Below are positions 1-11,306 of a stretch of 28,520 nt of DNA, in pieces. The notes under the pieces are model-generated. The model made no database searches, was not told the origin of the DNA, and saw nothing but the letters and a program-made list of their open reading frames with translations. Origin of the DNA: Octopus sinensis. Lineage: Eukaryota. Positions within the stretch are counted from its first letter, which is position 1. The number at the start of each line of letters is the position of its first letter. A program made the position numbers and the translations under genes. The DNA lies in assembly GCF_006345805.1 (NCBI RefSeq), contig NW_021833517.1, positions 1 through 28,520 of the forward strand, written 5' to 3'.

Positions 1-136
1 TCTCTCGTCTCTCTCCCCCCTGTCTCTCTCTGCACTAACTCTCTCTCTTGTCTCTCTTCCCTCTCTCCTTATCGCTCTCTTTCTCTCTCTACTGTCTTTC
101 TATCCCCCTAACTCTTTCTTTCCCCTCCCCCCTCTT

Positions 137-190
<54 letters not shown>

Positions 191-243
191 CTCCCCCTCT
201 CTATCTCCCTCCTATCACCCTGTCTATTTCTCTATCTATCTAA
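1..243. repeat. (CT)n/(CTAT)n microsatellite
   Basis: Pyrimidine-rich CT and CTAT repeats; explains ORF 48..293. Confidence 0.95.
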
Positions 244-811
244 CTATTGACCACATCCTACAATCCCTGTATCGCTGGCCGAACAAGCTGTGACGGACAG
301 ATATAGAACAGCAGCCACCTCTTACAAACAATATCGTTCTTTGTTGGTGAATGTCGGTGGCGAAAAAAATAGACGGGAAATGTTGATGCGTTGCCAATTA
401 ACTTCAGTTGTTAATTAACTGCTGGTGCTGTTAATCTTTCAGTTCTGGTTGTGTTGATCGAGATATAAACCCCCAAAGGGACCAACCCGTCGCCATATCT
501 TGATTCACCGCTTCAATCATTTCGGTTTATTTATGTCGTTAACATCTTTGCAAAAGGCTTGAAAGTTACGTGCCTTCGTCTATTGACCTCTGTATCTTAA
601 AGCTCGTCCAATACGAAATCAAGAACTTAATTGCCCCCTCCCCTCCCCCGCCCCACTTGACCAACATTGATAACAATACTTTGTTTTCATCTTTGACGTG
701 TTGGTCACAGGAGTAGTGGTGACAGAAAGTAGTTAGTTGATGTACAACAGGAAAGTGTGGGAGACAAGACCAAACCCTGCGACACACCAGATTTGACAGA
801 GTCGGGTTAGA

Positions 812-1261
812 GAGTTAGTTGGTTAGTTAGTTAATTATTTGGCTCAAAAAGCAAAAAGCAAGGCCATGTAGGGGGACATGGAGTTATGTACAGGATGGTG
901 TTCATGTAAAGAGTTCAGGCCACTTGTGGTCAAGGGAGACTTTGAACCGAGCGGTCGTCGGCATCTTTACTATCTCGTCCGGCAGCTTATTCCACGGATC
1001 CGCAACCCGGACGGAGAAAGCCCCTCTCCTTCGATTGAGATGAAATCGTCGCAGACAGAGCTTTTCGGAGTGACCCCGCAGCCGACGTTCTGGAGCAGGA
1101 GTGAAGAACAGCTCTTTCGAGAGGTTACACCCTCCGCTTATGATGTTGTAAGCAATAATGAGATCACCACGGCGTCGTCGTTTTTCTAGAAAATAAAGGT
1201 CGAGCGTCTTCAGCCTTTCTTCATAAAACAAATGCTTGAGACCATAAGACAAATGCTTGAG
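812..1261 (-). mobile_element. 5'-truncated CR1-group LINE, ORF2 C-terminus plus 3' UTR
   Basis: ORF 902..1330(-) reads YEERLKTLDL..LEKRRRRGDLIIAYNII..RGHSEKL..FSVRVADPWNKLP..FKVSLDHKW, typical of the CR1/L2 ORF2 end. It has a 3' stem-loop (CCATGT 864-869 / ACATGG 876-881) and a (TAAC)n tail at 814-834. Confidence 0.88.
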
Positions 1262-1964
1262 AGTGCTCGTACAGAACACCAATGATCCAAGAGACAAGGG
1301 AGAGAGTAAAGGTCCACTGGTGAATGACATGGATCTGTATTTATGAAAACCGTATCATGAAGAGTGGGAAATACATGTGCACTTATACGGTCTTTCAGAG
1401 TGAAATATGAAGACAGAATGTAGCCTCGACACCAGAGAAAGACTAACGAAAAGGGTCGATAGATTTGTGTTTTAGAGACACGAACAGGATATTTGGGTTG
1501 TACGTGTTTGTAAGAAATGTTATGTGAGGTCTGAGTTAAATCAGAATTCCTTGATTTAAGAATAATACTAAGAAGAAGGAGTGTCTTGCGGATTAACAAT
1601 AAGAGGAGTGTACAAGGATTTCATTTGTTTTGGATATGATATGAGGTCATGTTGATCTGCAAAACACTTCCTGTCTGAATGCCTGTGAAACTGGGGCAAC
1701 ACAATTAGAGGAGTCAAGTGGTCACGTAGTACTATTAAAACAGGGACGAAGGTGATGTGTTAGTCAGGCAAATGCGGTGTCTTACGGTTTAAACCAGTGG
1801 CCCCGATCCACTTATTGCCCATGGTTGCCTATTTTGCTCTGGTGGACCCCTATGTTACAAGATAAGACCTGTCGCATATATACATACGTACACACACACA
1901 CAGACACACACATATACATATACATACATACACACATACATGCATACATACATACATATATATG

Positions 1965-2130
1965 GGCGCAGGAGTGGCTGTGTGGTAAGAAGCTTGCTTC
2001 CCAACCACATGGTTCAGTGTTCAGTCCCACTGCGTGGCACTTTGAGCAAGTTTCTTCTACTATATCCTCGGGCCACCAAAGCCATGTGAGTGAATTTGGT
2101 ATACGGAAACTGTAAGGAAGTCCGTCGTAT
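1965..2130 (+). mobile_element. SINE family A, 5' half (tRNA-like head plus central domain)
   Basis: GGCGCAGGAGTGGCTGTGTGGTAAG (A-box-like), GTTCAGTCCC (B-box-like), then TTGAGCAAGT..CTTCTACTAT. Homologous to the copies at 4179, 8076, 13594, 18349 and 26150. Confidence 0.88.
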
Positions 2131-2143
2131 ATATATGTATATG

Positions 2144-2210
<67 letters not shown>

Positions 2211-2337
2211 GTATAATATATATATGTATATATATATATATGTATAATTTTTTATATTTTATATATGTGTATATATGTATATTTATATGTTATATCTGTG
2301 TGTATATAATATTATATATATATATATATATATATCC

Positions 2338-2376
<39 letters not shown>

Positions 2377-2416
2377 TGTGTGTGTGTATGGTGTGTGTGT
2401 GTGTGTGTGTGTGTGT
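2128..2416. repeat. (TA)n(TG)n microsatellite internal to SINE A
   Basis: Direct inspection. Confidence 0.95.
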
Positions 2417-2495
2417 AATTGTTAAAAGGGACAACAAACGTTAAGGCAAGGCAGGCATCTCAAGTTATATACATTATTATTGGAAAGTATTCAAA

Positions 2496-2551
2496 GTCTT
2501 GTAACTGTTTCTGGGATATCTCAGAGTATGGGATATTCCGTCACCAGAGAC
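2496..2551 (-). ncRNA. degenerate minimal hammerhead ribozyme-like motif
   Basis: Minus strand: GTCT-CTGGTGA-C-GGAATATC..GATATCCC-A-GAAAC-AGTTACA-AGAC. Stem I (GTCT/AGAC) and stem II are visible; the core and cleavage triplet are mutated. Confidence 0.5.
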
Positions 2552-2610
2552 AAATAGGGAATCCCTCAAAACTGTAACCTATAACTTTCTTCCTGTAAAT
2601 TTCAACTATA

Positions 2611-2808
2611 TGTTTGCTTCGCCCACCACCATCGCTTGACAACCGATGTTGGCGTGTTTATGTCCCCATAACTTAGTGATTCCGATGGAATAAGTGATTC
2701 CGATAGAATAAGTACTAGGCTTACAACGAATCCTGGGGTCGATTTATTCAACTAAAGGCAGTGCTCATGCATGGCCGCATTCAAATGAGTGAAACAAACA
2801 AAAGAAAT
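2611..2808 (+). mobile_element. SINE family A, 3' half
   Basis: CATCGCTTGACAACCGATG..GAATAAGTACT..GGGGTCGATTT..GCATGGCCGCA..GAAACAA matches the 3' halves of the other A copies; it has an internal 18-bp tandem duplication. Confidence 0.85.
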
Positions 2809-2814
2809 ACAATA

Positions 2815-2971
2815 AAAATTTTTTAATCTATTATTAAGAATTGTATTTTTTAAATTTGTTCAAATATTTTGTGCATTGTTGAAATATAAGCAATTTATTG
2901 CAGATAAATTTTGACAACAAAATCTCGTTTGGACCGCCAAGGGTCACGTGGACCCCGGTTGAGAAACACTG
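2815..2971. mobile_element. single end of a hAT (Charlie-like) non-autonomous DNA transposon
   Basis: Ends in GGACCCCGGTTGAGAAACACTG (reverse complement CAGTGTTTCTCAACC), resembling hAT-Charlie TIRs. No partner TIR was found. Confidence 0.55.
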
Positions 2972-3223
2972 ATTTAAACATTTCTACAGTATGGATAACC
3001 ATTCCATTGGAGAAATCGACCTGGTGAATCGAGAGGAATAAAACAGTTTCTACATTCAACGGTGCTGCGACCGGAAGTTGAAGTGTGTTAACGGTGTGGC
3101 TGTGGTGTGTCGGTGTTTCAGGGCATACGTACGCATGCTTAATGTTTTGCTGTTATAATCAGTATTTTTCTTCCACGTGTTTGTCTCAGTAGCTCAGTTC
3201 AGATACCTTTGTATGTGTATACG

Positions 3224-3257
<34 letters not shown>

Positions 3258-3259
<2 letters not shown>

Positions 3260-3556
3260 TGATCACGTGACCGACCAGACCATCAGATGCTGTTACACAT
3301 CGCTGGTCACAATGCGTTTGCATGTTTTAGCCTTCGAATGAACGCCACCCCACTGGCTAAGCGAGCAGGCCAACAAAGAAAGAGCTGGGAGAAGAGGTTG
3401 AAAGAGTACAGCAGGGATCACCACACCCTGCCGGAGCCTCGTGGAGCTTTTAGGGGTTTTCGCTCAGTAAACACTCACAACGCCTGGTCTGGGAATCGAA
3501 ACTGCGATCCTACGACCGCGAGTCCAATGCCCTAACCACTGGGCCATTGCGCCTCC
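3258..3556 (-). mobile_element. SINE family C (tRNA head, RTE-like tail)
   Basis: Minus strand has A-box TGGCCCAGTGG and B-box GTTTCGATTCC. The tail CATTGTGACCAGCGATGTGTAAC matches the RTE 3' end at 25202-25224 at 21/23 positions. Confidence 0.85.
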
Positions 3557-3649
3557 ATATATATGTATGTATATATTTAATATGAAACGTTGTAGCAAAA
3601 AAATATCATATATATATAAACTATGAATCTTGGTATATGTATTTTTGAT

Positions 3650-4130
3650 TCGTTACCTCCCTGGCCAACCACATATGGCGCCTCAAAGATGAAGGGGTCC
3701 GCAAACGATATCAGGTGGACGCTGCAAGCTCGGTATAGATGATTAAGCAAGGATCCTCAAAGATTCCCTGAAACCTGGATCACTGAACACTCACCAAGGA
3801 ATTGCCAGTCCCTGCGTCCGTTTCAGCTGGGAAGGTCCATACGAACTAAAAGCAGCCCAAGGACAAAAATTCCCTGTGCACCCTTTCTTTTGGTCCAGGT
3901 GAACTGCTCTAAGGGGTATAGCCCGTCCTCACCGTCCCGGAATGTTTATTCTTTGGTGACTTACTGACCAAATGACCGTAACGGATTCCTGCCTCCAAAA
4001 GACGAAGATTTACATATGTGTTCGTCTTTAGAGTTTGACGAGTCATCCACAGCTGTAAGGCCTCTGGGGATGCGAAACTCTTTGTCATTCTATGCCTCTA
4101 TACTTTGTAGTATGCGTCTTTTTCGGGTAT
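3650..4130 (+). mobile_element. Penelope-like element 3' remnant (GIY-YIG C-terminus plus terminal repeat)
   Basis: TSLANHIWRLKDEGV then, after a frameshift, DIRW resembles the PLE endonuclease C-terminal motif T.LS.YIW.LK...Y.I.W. A hammerhead-like fold follows at 4029-4092. Confidence 0.62.
4029..4092 (+). ncRNA. minimal type I hammerhead ribozyme candidate
   Basis: Stem I TAGAGT(4029-34)/ATTCTA(4087-92); core TTGACGA(4035-41); stem II GTCATCC..GGATGC(4042-73); GAAA(4074-77); 2-bp stem III; GTC cleavage triplet at 4084-86. Confidence 0.68.
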
Positions 4131-4178
4131 ATGATTCATATGTGTGTGTGTGTGTATGTGCGCGCGCGTGTGTGTGTG

Positions 4179-4347
4179 TGCAGGAGTGGCTGTGTGGTAA
4201 GTAGCTTGCTTACCAACCATATGGTTACGGGTTCAGTCCCACTGCGTGGGACCTTGGGCAAGTGTCTTCTACTATAGCCTCGGGCTGGCCAAAGCCTTGT
4301 GAGTGGATTTCGTAGAGGGAAACTGAAAGAAGCCCGTCGTATATATG

Positions 4348-4380
<33 letters not shown>

Positions 4381-4560
4381 ATTTGTGTGTCCGTGTTTGT
4401 CTCCCCAACATCGCTTGAAAACCGTAATTTAGCGGCTCAGCAAAAGAGAACGATAGAATAAGAACTAGACTTACAAAGAATAAGCCCTGGGGTCACTTTT
4501 CTCGACTAAAGGCAGTGCTCCAGCATGCCGCAGTCAAAAGACTGAAACAAGTAAAAGACT
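4179..4560 (+). mobile_element. SINE family A, near full length
   Basis: Head, central domain CCTTGGGCAAGTGTCTTCTAC, (TA)(TG) tract and 3' half with a small deletion. Confidence 0.92.
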
Positions 4561-4579
4561 AAAATTCAAGAGTAAATAT

Positions 4580-4581
4580 AC

Positions 4582-4620
<39 letters not shown>

Positions 4621-4826
4621 TATTATATATATATGTATGTAGTTTGTATGTATATGCATATATGTATGTTTGTATGTATATGTAAGCATATATACATGGA
4701 TATATATTTTTACATATATATATCCATATATATATTATATATACATATTATATATATATATATACATGATATATATGCCTACCTACCATACATACATACA
4801 TACATAAACATACATACATACATACA

Positions 4827-4859
<33 letters not shown>

Positions 4860-4890
4860 GTATATATGTATGTGTGTGTGTGTGGTGTGT
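4580..4890. repeat. (TA)n/(TACA)n/(TG)n microsatellites
   Basis: Direct inspection. Confidence 0.95.
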
Positions 4891-4895
4891 ATACA

Positions 4896-5061
4896 GTTCA
4901 TCCCAGTTGAAATTCCGCCGAGGTCGACTTTGCCTTTCATCCTTTCGGGGTCGATAATAAGTACCCGTTACGCACTAGGGTCGATGTAATTGACTTAATC
5001 CCTTTGCCTGTCCTTGTTTGTCCCCTCTCTGTGGTTTAGCCCCCTGTGGGCACTAAAGAAA
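4896..5061 (+). mobile_element. SINE family B fragment (module A)
   Basis: GAAATTCCGCCGAGGTCGACTTTGCCTTTCATCCTTTCGGGGTCGATAA..TTTAGCCCC..TAAAGAAA. Confidence 0.88.
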
Positions 5062-5084
5062 TATATATATATATATATATAATA

Positions 5085-5123
<39 letters not shown>

Positions 5124-5130
5124 TAATAAA

Positions 5131-5366
5131 TATTAGGGAATGAATCCAAAATTGCAGGGAAAAATCAGATTTAGGGTTAAATCCATTTTTATAGTAAAAT
5201 ATTATATGATATAATTCGAGACAAAACCACTATTTTAAAACCAAACAAGGAAAGACTTAATCAATACATGAAACATTTGTAGTGCGGTTATTTAATTTAT
5301 ATTAAATTTTTATGTATTGATTAAGTCTTTCCTTGTTTGGTTTTAAAATAGTGTTTTGTCTCGAAT

Positions 5367-5375
<9 letters not shown>
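5131..5375. repeat. fold-back repeat in a (TA)n tract: leader plus hairpin with ~60-bp arms
   Basis: Arms 5210-5269 and 5312-5370 are near-perfect reverse complements (one indel). Leader and arm are homologous to 18994-19391. Confidence 0.85.
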
Positions 5376-5402
<27 letters not shown>

Positions 5403-5475
5403 ATATATATATATATATATATTATAAATATATATATATATATATATAATATATATTATATATTATATTAATATC

Positions 5476-5517
<42 letters not shown>

Positions 5518-5930
5518 ATATTTATATATATATATATAATCTATATATTTGTATGTATGTATATGTAAGCATATATATGTATATATATATATATATATTT
5601 ATGTAGTTGTGTGTGTGTGTGTGTGTATACAGGTGTACGGACGTACAGACATATATATGTATATACGTATGCATATGCATACATGTACATGTGAGGGCAA
5701 AATACAAAAATAAATGCATGCCCGTATACATACATAAATATTTACACATCCCACCCTTGGTCCTTACCTACATTCGTGTATACATAGACAGATGCGTAGT
5801 GTACCCTTATAACCAAATGCATGCATGCACGCATGTACATACATGTACGCATACATACACAGATTTATACACACATTGATACATACGCACACACGTGCGT
5901 ACACACATATGCATACGCATCTGAGCGTGC
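5376..5930. repeat. (TA)n/(TG)n/(TACA)n/(TGCA)n low-complexity block
   Basis: Direct inspection. Confidence 0.9.
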
Positions 5931-6639
5931 ACGTGATCACTATGGTAACTCTGAACGTTAACAATACATTTTGCTCTTTGTTCTAGCATATTACTGGCAG
6001 AAACTCCAGTCAACAGTCTCCGAATCAATAGGCAACTTTACACCTCAGGTTGTTGTTCTAAATGGCACCGAATCTCATAGTTTACCATTCCAAGATATCC
6101 GGCTTTATCTATACTGTTTGGTATTCAAGGCTAAATTAGCAGACACTGGATTCCAAGGTATAATACAGTGATAATACAGTTATAGTTTCACTTTATCACG
6201 AAGATTCTGCCCGGCTCTGCACACGTAGGCATCAACCGGCGTACTTGGTTACTATAGAGATTCCTGTAAATATTCTACAAGTGTTAGCCATTCATCATCC
6301 TGATGCAACTAGACAATTTCTCTGAAGAGCATTTGTTCACTAGGCACTGCTTATCTTGTTACTCGATGACCTTTAAAGAATTCCGAGAAGAGAGAGGAAC
6401 AACATGAAGGTTATTTGGATAGCGCATGGAAAATCGAGTGTTAATTTGGTTAAGGTAGGGGTAGAGATAACTGGGTGAAGAATTCAGATTTTGGTAAAGA
6501 ACTTTTTAAATAGAAACTGGCAGCGGGTAATAAAGATATGTATAGATAAATATATAGATATAGAGATAGATTTTGTAAACAATGCCAATTAGAGGCTAAG
6601 ATGTTGGTACACATTCATGCATAAATGTATGTGTCTGGT

Positions 6640-7364
<725 letters not shown>

Positions 7365-7365
<1 letters not shown>

Positions 7366-7395
7366 GCATATATATATATTATATATATATATTAT

Positions 7396-7443
<48 letters not shown>

Positions 7444-7552
7444 CACATATATATCATATATATATATATGGCATTATACACGCATACACACACACACACC
7501 ACACTATATATATATATATATAATGTATGTGTGTGTGTGTACATATATATAT
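7365..7552. repeat. (TA)n/(CA)n microsatellites
   Basis: Direct inspection. Confidence 0.95.
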
Positions 7553-7988
7553 GCTTGAAACGCCGCCGTGAGCGATACATTAGTACTTGCACCATGTGGA
7601 AAATATTCCACCAATATTATCCAAATGATATTGGTATTATATTTACAATTCCCCCATGACTAGGCCCCCGTGCAATGCGTCCCCTACAAAGGTCGAGATC
7701 ACATCACATAAGAACATCGCGGCATAATTTCTTCACTGCAAATGGTCCTGCACTTTTTAATGTTATCCCCAAAGAAATTAAAGTAGAAAAATACTCCACA
7801 ACTTTCAAACGGCACCTGGACAAATTTCTCCCGGAAATACCGGATAAACCACCTACACCTGAATACGTCTCAACAAACAACAACCCTCTGCTCGACTGGT
7901 TCATGGTGTCCCGAAATAATTAACTAAAAGACTTTGCCAGGTGGTACTATTGAGTTAGTCATGGCCTGGGACCATAATGGTCAAAACC
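7553..7988 (+). mobile_element. 5'-truncated CR1/L2-group LINE, ORF2 C-terminus plus 3' UTR
   Basis: LKRRRERY..MWKI..YPNDIG..(stop)LGPRA..NGPALFNVIPKEI..FKRHLDKFLPEIPDKP..NPLLDW, from ORFs 7468..7659 and 7675..7923. Confidence 0.82.
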
Positions 7989-8006
7989 AATCTGAGCTAT
8001 CTAAGT

Positions 8007-8075
<69 letters not shown>

Positions 8076-8450
8076 GGCGCAGGAGTGGTGTGTGTGTAAG
8101 TAGCTTGCTTACCAACCCCATGGTTCCGGGTTCAGTCCCACTGCGTGGCACCTTGGGCAAGTGTCTTCTACTATAGCCTCGGGCCGACCAAAGCCTTGTG
8201 AGTGGATTTGGTAGACGGAAATTGAAAGAAGTTCGTCGTATATATGTATATATATGTGTGTTTGTGTGTCTGTGCTTGTCCCCCTAGCATTGCTGGTGTG
8301 TTTATGTCCCCGTTACTTAGCGGTTCGGCAAAAGATACTGATAGGATAAGTACTGGGCTTACAAAGAATAAGTCCCGGGGTCGAGTTGCTCGATTAAAGG
8401 CGGTGCTCCAGCATGGCTGCAGTCAAATGACTGAAACAAGTAAAAGAGTA
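8076..8450 (+). mobile_element. SINE family A, full length
   Basis: GGCGCAGGAG head through GACTGAAACAAGTAAAAGAG tail, with a short internal (TA)(TG) tract. Confidence 0.93.
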
Positions 8451-8790
8451 TATGCATATATATATATATATAAATGTTTGTGTATATATGTGTGTGTAAG
8501 TGTGTGGGCGTATGTGTGTGTATGTGAGTGTGTACATATACATACATGGATATCTATTTTAATGTATGTGTGTGCATGTCTGTATAAATAGAAATATATA
8601 TATATTTACAGGTATACATATATATATATATATACAAATGTAACATATACGAGATTTTTTATGTAACTATGTGCATGTATATACTATATGTATGTATATA
8701 AACACACACACACACTGTCTCTCCCTCTCTGTCTCTCTCTCTGTGTCCCTCTTTCTCTCTCTCCTTATCTCTCTCTCTCTCTCTCATATT
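8451..8790. repeat. (TA)/(TG)/(CA)/(CT) microsatellites
   Basis: Direct inspection. Confidence 0.9.
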
Positions 8791-9222
8791 CACCAAATGG
8801 GCCAACAAAAAACCGTATATGGTGATGTGAACTTTCACCACCCTGGAGCCAAATAAGAATGATATCTAAAAGTGCAAAATCACGCTGGTGCTCCAGCATG
8901 ACTACAGTCACATGGCAGAAACTAATAAAGAATAAACGAATATAGAAGTATATACTCTGTGTGTATATGTGTGTGTGTCTGTTTGTTTGTGTGTGTGTGT
9001 GTGTAGTGTAAACAGAGTTAGCGGTTATAGTAACAGAATAAGGGATAAAATATCCGTATATATTATCGGTATCCGTTACCCGTGTTATCCCCGGGCATTG
9101 GTGTACAGGCACACCATACACGTAGAGTGCAGATAGCAAAAGGATAAACAAGAGTTTTACAGGAACCAATGCAAATAATTAGAAAATGGAGAAAACCACA
9201 GATTCAAAAATAAATTTTAAAA

Positions 9223-9566
9223 TCTCTCTCTATATAAACGGCAGTTTGTCTGTGCGTGCTTCTGTGTGTCTGTTTGCTTGTACCCTCACCCTGACCACGG
9301 CTTTCAACCGATTCTGATGAAACTTGACACACACATAGCCCAATGTCATAATTCAAAACTAACGCAGCGAAAATTTTGAAAAGTTCCCCCAGTTCTGAAA
9401 AAAATCGATAAATTCGACATGGGGTCGAGAATTAGAAACACAAACCGCAAACTGTCTAGGGGACGCATTTTTTTCCATTTTTTTGCTATTTTTGGCTATA
9501 ACTCTCTAAAAATGCTTTATGGTTATTTCCCTTACAAACCTGAGCAACGCCGGGCGATACTGCTAG
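9223..9566 (+). mobile_element. non-autonomous Helitron
   Basis: 5' TC after an A (A|TCTCTCTCTATATAA); 3' subterminal hairpin CCTGAGCAACGCCGGG (9539-54), then CTAG (9563-66) followed by T; no TSD. Confidence 0.8.
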
Positions 9567-9625
9567 TAAGCTATAAATGTGGTCCAATCGATGTGTTTGT
9601 TAATCTGAGGTTTTTTCATTTGCTG

Positions 9626-9626
<1 letters not shown>

Positions 9627-9707
<81 letters not shown>

Positions 9708-9901
9708 GTATGTATATATATATATTATATACACACACGTGCATATACATGTAACATATACGATGTTTATGAAAGTAAGTATGAGATTGTATACATTATA
9801 TGTGTATAAACATATAATAGATATCGAGAGAGAGAAGCAACTATGAGGATAAAAAATGAAACATAACAGCTTGGGTTTGATATACAAAATACATACATAC
9901 A

Positions 9902-9941
<40 letters not shown>

Positions 9942-10101
9942 CATATAAAAGAAAGAAGTGGAAATTTTACTGGTGAGTGTATTAAATTATAAGGCACGAA
10001 AAGAGAATGACTCTCCCCAGACACAACAGAATATGCTTCAACACACGAACTCACATAAAGAATCTTGCAAACCAAATCCAAAAACGAAATACACACACAC
10101 G

Positions 10102-10148
<47 letters not shown>

Positions 10149-10240
10149 GTATGTATGTATATATATGTATATGTGTGTATATATGTATGCTTGTATGTAT
10201 GCTTGTGTGTATGTATGTATGTATGTATGTTTTAACTTTG
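9627..10240. repeat. (TA)n/(TATG)n/(CA)n microsatellite block
   Basis: Direct inspection. Confidence 0.85.
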
Positions 10241-10329
10241 AGTTTAACTTATGTTTTTGAAAAAGTTCAACCCGGTCGCTAACAAAGCGAATTGTCGATG
10301 CATTCACCTAAGTGTGTGCATTTATTCAC

Positions 10330-10855
10330 TTAAGAATCTCAGCTGGGGAATCTTTCGAATGTCTTACAGATCTTCACAGTGCCACTGATAGATTGGATTG
10401 GGAGAATCTGCTTCAAATTATTTTGCTCTTACCTCTCAAAACCGAGAAAATTCTAGGTTTTTGAGCAAATTTCTTGGTTCATAACCTGATGCACTTATGA
10501 TGATGGGCACAAATTAGAATTCACAGCCAGAATAAAATATCTGTAAGTTCCATATTAATTCGCCATAAATGTTCTCTTTAGTCCCGGACTGTTGATTGTA
10601 CATTTACATCCACTGGGCAGCTGACCTCTACAACAGTGCATGACTTTCGGTCCCTGACCCACATAACAACATCTGTTCTGTTATGTTTGCATCGAATTGA
10701 TGTTTCTATTGGGGTTTTCGACCGGTATTCCTTCTTTTTAAAGATGTGAATACCTGTTGCTTCTGACATGCCTTTGATGTACACATTAGGGCAGTCCTTC
10801 CTATGGATAGCATTGTAAATAGTATTTACAACTATATCAACCACCAGGGGTTAAT
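10330..10855 (-). mobile_element. R2-group (restriction-like endonuclease) non-LTR retrotransposon C-terminal relic
   Basis: KHNRTDVVMWVRDRKSCTVVEVSCPVDVN (PD..D/E-type motif), then after frameshifts KENIYGELIWNLQ..FVPIIISASGY and IQSISGTVKICKTF. Confidence 0.82.
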
Positions 10856-10887
10856 ATAGTTGCTTCTCTGTCAGTACACAAGTATTC

Positions 10888-11306
10888 AGCTTTTTCGCTC
10901 TTATTTCTAGCAATTTAGTTGTTTTAATTCCCTAGTGACATTCAGTGACAATTATTGCTTTCCTTTTTCGTAAAAAAAAAATGCACACTGTTGTATATAT
11001 TAAATTATTGGATACACATTAACGATTCGCTAAATCATCCATAGATTTATATTGTGATTACATACGTACTGACAGAGAATAAAGTCCGGTATCTGCCGAG
11101 TCGAGCGGTCCCTACCGATGAGGCTGCGGAATTATCCGAAGCTGATCGATCATTATAGGGAACACTCGACCGGTGTTTTCGGGTGATTACGGTCCTTGTT
11201 AGAACGTATGCATACAATTATGTAGTTTGACCACATCATTAGAGCTTTTTAGCTCTTATTTCTAGCAATGTAGGTGTTCTAACACCCAAGTCACATCTAG
11301 TGACAA

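Noticed and set aside
1262-1860. ORF 1210..1599(-) and a zinc-finger-linker-like SERPYKC in another frame
   Set aside because: No C2H2 spacing or other domain could be recognised; left unassigned.
3076-3086. ETS-like ACCGGAAGT motif
   Set aside because: A single motif among repeats, with no other promoter evidence.
3480-3556. tRNA-like sequences here and at 15071-15145, 16880-16943 and in SINE B heads
   Set aside because: They are SINE heads continuing into repeat bodies, with imperfect cloverleafs; not tRNA genes.
5131-5180. TTAGGG hexamers in the fold-back leader
   Set aside because: They are isolated hexamers, not an array, so there is insufficient support for a telomere link.
8765-9169. 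Minus-strand ORF resembling a signal peptide (MVPVKLLFILLLSALYVYG..)
   Set aside because: The start is TTG with an in-frame stop just upstream, there is no ATG or nearby AG acceptor, and the ORF runs into (CA)n and SINE-tail sequence.
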